Of a stretch of 64,000 nt of DNA, positions 25,201 to 34,029 are shown piece by piece. How positions within the stretch are numbered: position 1 is the stretch's first letter; each line of letters starts with the position of its first letter. The stretch is from assembly GCF_032062105.1 (NCBI RefSeq), contig NW_026931071.1, positions 248,001-312,000 of the forward strand, read 5' to 3'. The notes under the pieces are model-generated. The model worked only from the letters and a program-made list of their open reading frames with translations, had not been told where the DNA came from and did not search any database. The DNA is from Saccostrea cucullata (lineage: Eukaryota). The translations under genes were made by a program, and so were the position numbers.

Positions 25201-27988
25201 ATGGTCCCGCATAGAAATAAGAGCAACTTATGACAAATGAACATGAACTGTTCACAATGTAAAATGCGTATGGTCCCGCATTAAATAGTTAGCTCAAATT
25301 ATGGCTAAACACAGGATTTGTAACTGCACTGTTCATAGAGTAAAATGCGTATGGTCCCGCACAGAATTAAAAACAAAATATGACATGTGCCACCACCTGT
25401 TCTATGCCATTCATAATATAAAATGTGTATGGTCCCACATTTGTATTTATAAGAAGGGAGTATGACCCTGCATACTCAATTAAGTAGCCAAGCAATTTAT
25501 ATTGTAAAATGTGTAATAACACTTCCATATGGGTATGGTCCCACATAAGTACTAAAAGAAGCCACAACAATAAAATTTACCAAAAGAAGTTTTGCTGGGT
25601 TTTAACTTGATCAGGGAAAATGAAAGTAAAACTATACATGTGGTCCTGCATAGTCACCACTATACTGAAAAATTGTGTATGGTCCCACAAATATCAAGTA
25701 TTTCATTCTCATGCATTTTCACCTATTAAAAACCCAACAAAATATAAAGACAAGCCAGTCGATCAGTATGTATAATTAATATCATTCAAATTATACTGGC
25801 CTGAGAAAAGCTTTGAAGTGCAGTATTGCTGAACGAATGCTGCGCCAATATCTGTGCATTGGGGAGGAAGACACAACATGGACTGGTGAACCTGGGCATT
25901 GTAGGTGTACCCCGTCATGACAGAGGAAGTTCAGGTCACTCCAAAATCCCCTGTGGTGCCAAAAATGGACTCCTTCTAGGTCGGAACATCCTGCCTTAAG
26001 AAAATTGTTTGCGGCAACGATTTTCGCATTAAAGTCGCTGGAGGACGCCCAAGGCTGACGACGCAACAGTTGACCGACAATCACAACTGGGATATCCATC
26101 CCCTCGTGTAAATAACTTGCTATTGAAAGGATATCCGTTGATAATTTTTCCATCTCATAGCGCAAAATGTCATTTTCGCCAATCTGAATAAAACACACAT
26201 GTGGTTTGTTTTTAAATTTGATAAAATCCTTTAACTGGGACACACGTAATCCTCCTCGGGCACATACCCACACATTAAAATTGTCCGAATCCAAATTTAG
26301 ATTCATGAGACTTGAGTTTGAGTCCATGTAACGCTGGAGCCGAGACACAAATGAATGTCCTATTATGCAAACACTGAGACGCTTCACGTCGTCCATGTTG
26401 TGGTCCATCTCCCATTTGTAACCGGTTATAACCGGATCGCGCACTGCACGGGCGGGCCGAGCCAAAATTAACAATTAGGGTAGTGCAAAAGCGTTTGTTT
26501 ACACTCACCGTTCTCTGCCAAACAAAGATATATGATCGATATAATGTCACTAGATGTTCCTTGCAGACGAAGGACGTAGGTACATCAATAAACTTCGCAA
26601 AATCTTACAAATTTCACTGCACCAAATTTGTGTGGCTTCTATCAAAATTCAATGAATGCAGCATGGCAGATTGCTGAATTATGATTGGCTAAAAGGCAAA
26701 ATTTTGGGTTAGGTTAAAACTAGGCCACAAGACGTTTATACCCATAAGACGGATATGGGTAAAATAAGTGAAAACTAAATAAACACTGCACATGTCACAT
26801 AAAAGTTATTATTTATAATAATCACTAATGCTGTGGCATTCAACTCGATATTTAGATATATCGACGACGTATTGTCAATTAACAATGGTAATTTCCATTT
26901 TTATGTCGATACGATATATCCTGGTGAACTTGAGATAAAAGATACCACAGAGTCTGACACGTCTGTTTCATATTTGGATATATGACTTGAAAAAGACGTT
27001 AATAGTAATCTAACAACCAAGCTCTATGATAAACGTGATGACTTTAACTTTTCTATCGTCAACTTCCCTTACTTATGCAGTAATACCTGCATACGGAATA
27101 TATATATTATATCAGTTGACTCGATACGCAAGAGCTTGAACAATTTCGAAAACAAGGTAAATTATTGACAAACAAGTTGATGAAACAAGAATTTCAGCTG
27201 TCTCGTTTAAAGTCATCATTTCGTAAGTTCTATGGTCGATACAATGACCTTGTCAGCAATTACAATTAATCATTGAGTCAAATGCTGACAGACGTTTTTC
27301 ACACCAATTGTTAGTCCATTGAATTGACGACGGGTTTTTCCGTTATTTCCCGATCATGACAAGGAGCACACGGCGGGTGTGACCAGTCTGCAGGGGATGC
27401 TTACTCTTCCATTGCACCTGATCCCACCTCCGATGTTTTGGAGGTCCTTGTTTGCTCTGCTCCTATGTTGTATTGTTTTATGGACTTTTGATCTTGAATA
27501 CTCTTTGTTATCTCCATATTTTTCGTCTTTCAGACTCTCTTTGATGGTAATGGTTATGTTCAATAACAATTTCATTTATTACGAGTACGAGAGACTGAAT
27601 GGCATTTCCTAAATGATTAACATATTCTAATTTAACAGTCTAACATTGTTTAATGTTTTAGGAAAAGATGGTTGAATGTTTAGATTTAAATACGAGGAAA
27701 TCGACCTTTCTTCAAGACATCACCAAAGCAAGTGTGAAGAGACAGAAAGCAGACCGAGAACCCGGTTTTTGCTCATGCGATGCTCAAGCCATGGCTGTTG
27801 CAATTGACAGTTCTATTGTGCTAAAATCTGTGGACATATTTGCCACAGTGGAACTAAATGGGAACTTGACACGCGGCATGTTGGTTGCTGATTGGCGTGA
27901 CAAACTGAAAAAGTCCCCCAATGTTACAATAGTAGAAAAAACTGACCCGAATAAATCGCTTTCGATATGGAAAAGTATGTTCTACTAA
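16260..27988 (+). CDS. Nucleoside hydrolase (IUNH family), copy 2, 5 exons; intron 4 inflated to ~9 kb by nested TEs
   Basis: Exons 16260-16442, 17866-18040, 18274-18390, 18472-18614, 27662-27988. Exons 1-4 have the same lengths as in copy 1 (183/175/117/143 nt), with no stops. Confidence 0.92.
16639..16793 (+). repeat. Solo Penelope-like 3' module
   Basis: GGATGCTCACTCCTCCATAGCACCTGATCACACCTCTGATG..GTCCGTGTTTGCTC, homologous to 7028-7185. Confidence 0.7.
17500..17800 (+). repeat. Decayed Penelope-like 3' end
   Basis: Homologous to 6880-7185 (GTCAGCAAATATAAT.. and ACTCCTCCATGGCACCTG). Confidence 0.65.
18844..19886 (-). repeat. 3' split-direct-repeat block B1-A2-B2
   Basis: 18844-19222 equals 19508-19886, and 19284-19507 equals 26606-26829. 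The A2/B1 junction CACTAAT|TTATGTTCC reproduces the joined element ends (circle junction). Confidence 0.95.
20037..20598 (-). repeat. Dispersed ~25-nt stem-loop repeats in the Ngaro 3' UTR
   Basis: Plus-strand consensus GACAG-CAGA-CAAxT-TCTG-AA-CTGTC at 20037, 20237, 20487, 20515 and 20575, with weaker copies near 20101 and 20134. Confidence 0.65.
20660..21568 (-). CDS. Tyrosine recombinase (phage integrase family) of the Ngaro element; catalytic Tyr appears to be Phe
   Basis: N-terminal SAM-like domain, [41 protein letters not shown]. Confidence 0.92.
   Translation of the reverse strand: MSTVCQRLLASALSPSSAQAYRRTWELLRSWKPTVSLPVSVVDVCNFIGHLFSVNYSPSSIASHISAISYVHKILDMHDPTQAFITRKILRGCQSSVPTKDTRLPITPDILQKILNALAHTVPQYSLRILLRALFLLAFHAFLRLGEVAVKSLHSGKHVLQRADVTFDYVGPTLSAAQIIMREFKTNKQHTPLVLSVQAIQGSSFCPLHALLEYLQYSKHTFGPLFQTMDALPISYAKVTTHLKSAVEFIGLDTNNFKGHSFRIGAASYAASLGYSESLIKKLGRWNSDAFRRFIRINSFRF
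21565..23251 (-). CDS. Ngaro reverse transcriptase-RNase H, broken by one extra base in an 8-nt homopolymer (22024-22031)
   Basis: RT: [39 protein letters not shown]. Removing one T joins the frame to ..[61 protein letters not shown] (RNase H). Confidence 0.9.
23106..24131 (-). CDS. Ngaro gag-like ORF with C-terminal Cys/His zinc fingers
   Basis: Likely start MPPKRK at 24131 (context ACCACCATG, just after a splice acceptor). Motifs [16 protein letters not shown] and [33 protein letters not shown]. Overlaps the RT ORF. Confidence 0.85.
   Translation of the reverse strand: MPPKRKLDGTSGNSSKTRKKRNVGSTADVTAVAETNVENAEANVNTVQSNATPSIDYDKLAAAVIKQQSVNKPSTVTSSMVSQQSQSIATTSTTQPQVSLTGQGGSASSAGIGTILDQLFLGEPARSSNQVIEVKDGIPLGASVSVKLKQKIWNNEYIDLKSLLSTKDEPLSVTISTGVINLHQGQKTKVPITLGQWTDAFLIFSAIFIEKFPDEAPNLLKYCHMIREVQSLHGDHAFRQYDEQFRKLRESVNVPWQNPIQELRLKAATIKFQGPKPQQNHPFRTKFCFQFNRGVRCSRNPCPYKHICMQCKSNHPKSKCPDSQKSSFSRAPNTHQTKKSA
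24595..25690 (-). repeat. Array of 18-nt hairpin repeats with variable spacers, inside the Ngaro element
   Basis: Plus-strand ATGCG-TATGGTCC-CGCAT and variants at 24595, 24678, 24758, 24838, 24907, 24988, 25066, 25115, 25195, 25264, 25345, 25423, 25529 and 25673, plus 2 degenerate copies. The period is mostly 69-83 bp. A 357-bp block duplication spans 24727-25083 / 25084-25440. Confidence 0.9.
25791..26408 (-). CDS. SGNH/GDSL-type hydrolase (esterase) ORF carried by the Ngaro element
   Basis: Block I IIGHSFV, block II RGG, block [11 protein letters not shown], block V HDGVHL. First ATG at 26408; the ORF is intact. Confidence 0.85.
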   Translation of the reverse strand: MDHNMDDVKRLSVCIIGHSFVSRLQRYMDSNSSLMNLNLDSDNFNVWVCARGGLRVSQLKDFIKFKNKPHVCFIQIGENDILRYEMEKLSTDILSIASYLHEGMDIPVVIVGQLLRRQPWASSSDFNAKIVAANNFLKAGCSDLEGVHFWHHRGFWSDLNFLCHDGVHLQCPGSPVHVVSSSPMHRYWRSIRSAILHFKAFLRPV

Positions 27989-28874
27989 AAATATGTTCAT
28001 TTTCAATATAGTTTGTTAATATAACTTTGCTCATATCAGTCATATGGTGCCATAAGAAAAAATGATTCAAAAGAAAGTTATAAATGCATAAAGTTTTGCT
28101 TTATTCAAAATGTCTTTTCAAATCATATAATTTAAAAACTGTTTCATCATGTTTACAATGAATATCTTAAATTCATGGTTACATGATTTTGGAAGATGTT
28201 CATTCATTTAATTTTTGGAGTATAGAAGTGATAATGTGTTCGAATGAATGTTGGTGCTCGGAAAAGTACACAACAAAGAGTCGCTTTTCAGCTTCTTACT
28301 GAAACTTTAAATAAATCTAAGTATTTCATCTAGATATAGACTACTTAGCTGTAAACATTCAAACTATTTCTTTGTGATTATTCTAATAAAATAAATTAAA
28401 ATACATGTCTATTGAATACTGGTTAGATCTCTCAGAAGCTAATTGAGACATTGGGCTATGTTAAGAGTAAAAATTCTGTTAATTATCTATATAGATATAA
28501 TTTCCCTTTATTCTTTCTAACTCAGCATTTTGAGTTTATCAACCAGATGTGAGTAAATGAATTTGACAGTTCACCTAACAATTTGATATTTTAATTGCTA
28601 CAACTCTCCCAGTTTTAGGGACTCTCGTGACTTTTGTTTCAATGTAATTATAAAGCTGGTTACGTTATCTTGATTTATGTATCTTTTAGCTTCATTCACA
28701 TCCTGTCCGTGGGAACTGTGTAACTTTCTGTATATTCCAATTAGTCATAGATTTCATATAATGCTTTGTAAGTGAAATTTTATTCAGTCTTCGGTTAATT
28801 CTTGTCAATGTTACACGCATGGAATAAATTGTTGAAATCGCTATGATTGGGTTCAATTTTTGAGTGTAACATTT

Positions 28875-28894
28875 TGGTGGCAGCAAAGTGGGAT
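28875..28894 (+). promoter_or_regulatory. Primer-binding site, probably tRNA-Leu
   Basis: TGGTGGCAGC-AAA-GTGGGAT, 3 nt after the 5' LTR, resembles the complement of the tRNA-Leu 3' end (TGGTGGCAGCGGTGGGAT). Confidence 0.7.
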
Positions 28895-29102
28895 TATACT
28901 TCGAATTGTGATTAACAATCGGGTATATAAATTGTGACTTTACTCTAAATTGTGGTGTAACAATTTAAGTAAACTGAGTGTTTTTAATTCAAATTGTGGG
29001 ATTAACAATTTGATTAACTTATTATTGATTTGTCCGAATTGTGGTGTAACAATTCTGGAATTTATTTGAAATTGTGGATTAACATTTCAAATTCCTTGAA
29101 CC

Positions 29103-32100
29103 ATGGCCGATGAAGAAGCTCATCATACTGAAGACTCAATTGCAGTAAATAGATCAAGGCGGACACAGAAATTAATTGACTTCACTGAGGATGAAATTGA
29201 AGAAGAAAATGTACAGGAAGCCGTACCTGTCTTTAAACAGCCTCAACAACCACCGGTAAGAAGAAAAACAACTAAAAAAGATAACACATTAGAACTTGAA
29301 TTAGAACGCGAGAAAATTGCTCTTGAACGCGAAAAAGTTAAAATGGAAATGGAAAAACTGGCACTGGAAAGGGAAAAACTTCAGATGAAACCTACAGAAA
29401 ATCCTTTATCAAATTCGGCTGCATTTAAAATTAAATTACAACCGTTCAATCCAAAATCAGATGATATTTTGACCTTTCTCTCCGAATTTGAGGCTGTATG
29501 TGACCAAGCAGAATGGACAGAAAACATAAAAATTCTTCAATTAAGGACACTCTTAACTGGACAAACTAGACATGTGTCATCGCAAGCATCAACATCTTAT
29601 CACGATTTGAGGAAAGCCCTCATAGAACGATACGGTAAAAGACCTCATGAGTACTTTTCTGACTTGTTATCAGTGAAAAGAGAAGGAAACGAAACATATA
29701 GAGGACTTATGTCCAGAATTGATATGTATCTAAAGAGGTGCATAGAGGAAAAAGATCCGATTGAGACCCTACGAGACGAATTCTTTTTGAAAGCTCTACC
29801 ATCATCACAGGCACAGTGGGTGAGAAGAAACAAGGGATCATCTAGCATCGTGGAGGCCGCCGAGGACTACATTCCCCCCAAACCAATCGCTCAGGGATTT
29901 ACTGGGAATGGAAAACCAACTGGACCAGGAAATGGTCAAAACCAGAGCAGTCACAGGAAGGATGTGACATGCTTTAAGTGCAACGGAAAAGGACATTTTG
30001 CGAATAAATGCCCTAAAATTTCACTAGCATCCAGAATTATAGACCACTCTTGTGATGGATTGATCTACTTACCTGGATTTGTCAATGATCGGGAAGTATC
30101 CTTTGTTAAGGATACAGGTGCGTCATTAACACTTGTGCGGGAGGACTTAGTTAATCAGAGCAGTGTTTTAGACGGACATAAAACAACTCTTTACACAGCG
30201 ATTGGCCAACCGTTTGAAGCCAAGTTAGCTGTTGTGAAACTTGACACTCCATACTACAAAGGATATGCTCAAGTTGGACTAGTCCCCTCCCTTGTAGCAG
30301 ATGCTCTACTTGGAAATGATGTCATTAGCAGAAAAAGTGCTAATTTTGTCACCAGATCTATGGCATTGAAAGCTCTGGATGATGACAAAAACATGGAAAA
30401 GAAGATGGAGGACTCAGGAGTGCTACCAAAATCAATTGATGATTTGACGGATGATAGTAAACCTACAGATACGATACAGAGTAATGAAATAAATTCCATG
30501 AATGCTGAGAAACTAGCCCGACTACAAAAAGAGGACAACACCCTAAAAGCTTGTCGTGACAAAGCAGTGGATTACAACACAGCCCAAGATAGCCCACCTG
30601 CTTTTTACTATGAGAACGAAATACTTAAGAGAAAATGGAAAACTAAGGATGGATTACGAGAAGGAAACCAAATTGTGTTACCAACCAGCCTCAGAAAATC
30701 AATCTTGGAGCTAGCGCATGACCAACCATTCGCAGGACACCTAGGCACCGAAAAAACAAAGGAACGCATTCTGCGCTCTTTCTACTGGCCTGGATTATTC
30801 GCCGATGTAAGTGAGTACTGTTCGTCGTGTGATGTGTGTCAAAAAGTGGCAAAACGTACACATGTCAAAGCTCCAATGATCAACACACCAGTCATCACTG
30901 AACCATTTTACAAAATTTCAATGGATATCGTTGGCCCTCTATCAAAATCCAAGAGAGGAAACAGATTCATTCTTACAATAGTTGATGATGCAACGAGGTA
31001 TCCAGAGGCATTCGCATTGAAAAGTTGTGACGCCGAAAGCGTAGCAAACGCGCTCATGGAATTGTTTAGTCGTGTGGGAGTACCAAAAATTATACTAACT
31101 GATCAAGGAACCAATTTTACAAGTCAGCTTATGAAAGACCTATTTGCGTTGTTGAAAGTGAAAGGAATTACAACATCACCTTATCATCCGCAAGCCAATG
31201 GGAAAACAGAGCGTTTTAATGGTACGTTGAAGTCAATTTTGAAGAAACTATGCACTCAAGAGGAATCCGACTGGGATACTTTATTATCATATGCCTTGTT
31301 TGCGTATCGTGAAGTCCCTCATGAGGAGACGGGATTTGCACCTTTTGAACTTCTGTATGGATGGCCAGTCCGTGGACCGACACAAATAATCAAAGAATTC
31401 ATGGCAGGCGAGGAAGGAATCCAGATGTCTGTCGTTGAACATGTTGCGGGAATGCGACAAAAACTTAGGGATATCACATCACAGGTAAAGGACAACCTAT
31501 TAAAACGTAAGACATTAATTAAACGTTGGTATGACAAGTCAGCTACTGAAAGGAGGTTTTATCCTGGAGACGAAGTTCTTGTCTTACTTCCGTCTGACAC
31601 CTCTAGGATGGTGGCCCAGTGGAAAGGGCCATTCCGAGTTACAGAGCGTGTTAATGATGTAAATTATAAAGTCAACGTTGGAGGACGTCGTGGTGTGGTC
31701 GTCTATCACATCAATTTACTACGAGAATACAGACGTGCAGCTTTACTCGTGACTGACCGAACTGAGGAAACTGATGGACTAGAAGAAGCTTTTCCTTATG
31801 AAAGAACGGAAACCATTGACGATTTGAAGTTTGGAGACAACTTAAACCAAAATCAGCGCAAAGAACTAAGGGACCTTTGTTCCAAATATGAAACCGTATT
31901 CACAGACAAACCTGGACATTGTAACCTGACGGAACATCAAATTCGTACAACAACCGAAACTCCGATCAGTCTAAGACCCTACAGAATTCCAGAAGCAAAA
32001 CAAGAATGCGTAAAGAAAGCACTAAATGAAATGCTAGAGCAAGGACATATCCAAAAATCGAACAGCCCTTGGAGTTCCCCTGTTGTCCTTGTCAACAAAC

Positions 32101-33212
32101 CAGATGGCTCTATCAGGATCTGTATTGACTACAGAAAACTTAACGAAATAACTGTCTCCGACGCTTATCCAGTCCCTCGAATTAATGATATCTTGGAAAA
32201 AGTAGGCAAAGCAAAATATCTTAGTCATTTTGACCTCGTGAAAGGTTATTGGCAAGTCCCCCTTTCAAAGGATTCACGAGAAAAATCGGCATTTGTGACA
32301 CCATACGGACTGTATGAATTTTTAGTTATGCCATTTGGAATGAAAACATCACCTGCAACCTTTATACGCCTGATGGACAGCGTGTTGTGCGACGTAGATA
32401 ATGTTGTTGCTTATTTTGATGATATTGTCATATTTTCCGATTCTTGGAAAACTCATCTCGAGGACATCGAGAATGTCGTTAGAAAACTACAGATGGTGAA
32501 TTTGACGATACGACCGTCAAAGTGCAAATTAGGTGCTGAGAAAATAAAATGCCTTGGGCACATTGTGGGCAACGGAGTCACACAACCTGACCCAAACAAA
32601 GTTACAGCGGTGAAAGAATTCCCACTACCAATCACAAAGAGAGATTTGAAATCGTTTCTCGGGCTTACTGGATATTACAGGCAGTATATCCAAAATTATG
32701 CCAAAATTTCCGTCACCTTGACAGACATGTTGAAGAAAATGCAACCTAATAAAATCAAATGGACGACAGAGGCAACCAAAGCATTCAAAGACCTAAAAGA
32801 AGCGCTAACATCAGCCCCTGTTTTAATTACGCCCGACTTCCAAAAAGTTTTTACGTTACAAACAGATGCGAGTCAATTCGCTATTGGTGCAGTTCTGAGC
32901 CAGGATCTGGAGGACGGCGATCACCCCGTGGCCTACCTCAGCAGGAAACTATTACCGAGAGAACAAAATTACTCGACCATCGAAAAAGAACTCCTAGCAA
33001 TCGTTTGGGCCATAGGATCCTTCGCGTATTATCTTGATGGTAGAAAATTTTGCGTAGAAACTGACCACAACCCGTTGAGTTGGCTACACAAAATGAAGAA
33101 CAATAATCAAAGACTTTTGCGTTGGGCCCTCTCACTGCAGATTTATGACTTTGAAATACGATATCGTAAGGCATCAAAGAACCAAAACGCGGACAGTCTC
33201 TCGCGCTGCTGA
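29103..33212 (+). CDS. Gag-Pol polyprotein, order gag(CCHC)-protease-integrase-RT-RNase H
   Basis: CFKCNGKGHFANKC; VKDTGAS; H..GH..CDVC zinc finger with MDIVGP/TDQG/TERFN integrase core and WKGPF; then RICIDYRKLN, YFDD, TDASQFAIG, ETDHNPL. One uninterrupted 1369-aa ORF. Confidence 0.96.
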   Translation: MADEEAHHTEDSIAVNRSRRTQKLIDFTEDEIEEENVQEAVPVFKQPQQPPVRRKTTKKDNTLELELEREKIALEREKVKMEMEKLALEREKLQMKPTENPLSNSAAFKIKLQPFNPKSDDILTFLSEFEAVCDQAEWTENIKILQLRTLLTGQTRHVSSQASTSYHDLRKALIERYGKRPHEYFSDLLSVKREGNETYRGLMSRIDMYLKRCIEEKDPIETLRDEFFLKALPSSQAQWVRRNKGSSSIVEAAEDYIPPKPIAQGFTGNGKPTGPGNGQNQSSHRKDVTCFKCNGKGHFANKCPKISLASRIIDHSCDGLIYLPGFVNDREVSFVKDTGASLTLVREDLVNQSSVLDGHKTTLYTAIGQPFEAKLAVVKLDTPYYKGYAQVGLVPSLVADALLGNDVISRKSANFVTRSMALKALDDDKNMEKKMEDSGVLPKSIDDLTDDSKPTDTIQSNEINSMNAEKLARLQKEDNTLKACRDKAVDYNTAQDSPPAFYYENEILKRKWKTKDGLREGNQIVLPTSLRKSILELAHDQPFAGHLGTEKTKERILRSFYWPGLFADVSEYCSSCDVCQKVAKRTHVKAPMINTPVITEPFYKISMDIVGPLSKSKRGNRFILTIVDDATRYPEAFALKSCDAESVANALMELFSRVGVPKIILTDQGTNFTSQLMKDLFALLKVKGITTSPYHPQANGKTERFNGTLKSILKKLCTQEESDWDTLLSYALFAYREVPHEETGFAPFELLYGWPVRGPTQIIKEFMAGEEGIQMSVVEHVAGMRQKLRDITSQVKDNLLKRKTLIKRWYDKSATERRFYPGDEVLVLLPSDTSRMVAQWKGPFRVTERVNDVNYKVNVGGRRGVVVYHINLLREYRRAALLVTDRTEETDGLEEAFPYERTETIDDLKFGDNLNQNQRKELRDLCSKYETVFTDKPGHCNLTEHQIRTTTETPISLRPYRIPEAKQECVKKALNEMLEQGHIQKSNSPWSSPVVLVNKPDGSIRICIDYRKLNEITVSDAYPVPRINDILEKVGKAKYLSHFDLVKGYWQVPLSKDSREKSAFVTPYGLYEFLVMPFGMKTSPATFIRLMDSVLCDVDNVVAYFDDIVIFSDSWKTHLEDIENVVRKLQMVNLTIRPSKCKLGAEKIKCLGHIVGNGVTQPDPNKVTAVKEFPLPITKRDLKSFLGLTGYYRQYIQNYAKISVTLTDMLKKMQPNKIKWTTEATKAFKDLKEALTSAPVLITPDFQKVFTLQTDASQFAIGAVLSQDLEDGDHPVAYLSRKLLPREQNYSTIEKELLAIVWAIGSFAYYLDGRKFCVETDHNPLSWLHKMKNNNQRLLRWALSLQIYDFEIRYRKASKNQNADSLSRC

Positions 33213-34029
33213 ACGAACTGTTTTGATAAAGTGTTTAGATGTGACAATCTTGTAACAGTGACATAGTGGACTTTTATCTAATAGTATTAATGGACTTTTA
33301 TCTAATAGTATTAATGGACTTATAATCCTTATTACTTTTACATTACTTTTATATTTCTGTACAATGTATATTTTGAAAAAATTCAACTATTCAAGTTAAA
33401 TTTTTATCTTAAGGAGGGAGGTGTTAAGAGTAAAAATTCTGTTAATTATCTATATAGATATAATTTCCCTTTATTCTTTCTAACTCAGCATTTTGAGTTT
33501 ATCAACCAGATGTGAGTAAATGAATTTGACAGTTCACCTAACAATTTGATATTTTAATTGCTACAACTCTCCCAGTTTTAGGGACTCTCGTGACTTTTGT
33601 TTCAATGTAATTATAAAGCTGGTTACGTTATCTTGATTTATGTATCTTTTAGCTTCATTCACATCCTGTCCGTGGGAACTGTGTAACTTTCTGTATATTC
33701 CAATTAGTCATAGATTTCATATAATGCTTTGTAAGTGAAATTTTATTCAGTCTTCGGTTAATTCTTGTCAATGTTACACGCATGGAATAAATTGTTGAAA
33801 TCGCTATGATTGGGTTCAATTTTTGAGTGTAACAGGCTAAATATGAAAAGGAAGCGGAAGACTTGAAGACTTTGTCAGAATGAATAAGATGTTTAAGAAA
33901 TGTATTCAAGAATTGTATAAGAAATATGAAAGGCAATATGCGAACCATCTATTTTTCTGTTTTTACGAAATTGGAAGTGATCCAAAACTGAAGAAAATGC
34001 TACATGAACAATATGTTATGCTTCCAGAC

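Larger units (their letters stand above)
18844..26829 (-). mobile_element. Full-length Ngaro-type (DIRS order) tyrosine-recombinase retrotransposon with split direct repeats
   Basis: Sense order A1 (26829-26606), ORFs, B1 (19886-19508), A2 (19507-19284), 61-bp spacer, B2 (19222-18844). A copies are 224 bp (1 mismatch seen) and B copies 379 bp (no mismatch seen). No TSD. Overlapping gag, RT/RH and YR ORFs. Confidence 0.95.
18640..27520 (+). mobile_element. Penelope-like relic (18640-18843 plus 26830-27520) interrupted by the Ngaro element
   Basis: The left part ends ..GAAGAAAACACTT and the right part resumes GCTGTGGCATTCAACTCG, exactly the contiguous sequence of the uninterrupted copy at 6452-6482. 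Confidence 0.88.
28459..33834 (+). mobile_element. Intact Gmr1-like Ty3/gypsy LTR retrotransposon
   Basis: LTRs 28459-28871 and 33422-33834 (413 bp, TG..CA, no difference seen), 5-bp TSD GGCTA, PBS 28875-28894, PPT AAGGAGGGAGG 33411-33421. Confidence 0.96.

Noticed and set aside
24595-25690. Calling the hairpin array a true CRISPR array
   Set aside because: The context is eukaryotic, no cas genes are present, the repeat is only 18 nt, and the spacers are partly homologous and block-duplicated. It is kept as a structured repeat array.
28692-33948. Duplicated minus-strand ORFs (CYTQKLNPIIAIS..)
   Set aside because: These are antisense readings of the two LTRs with no protein features.
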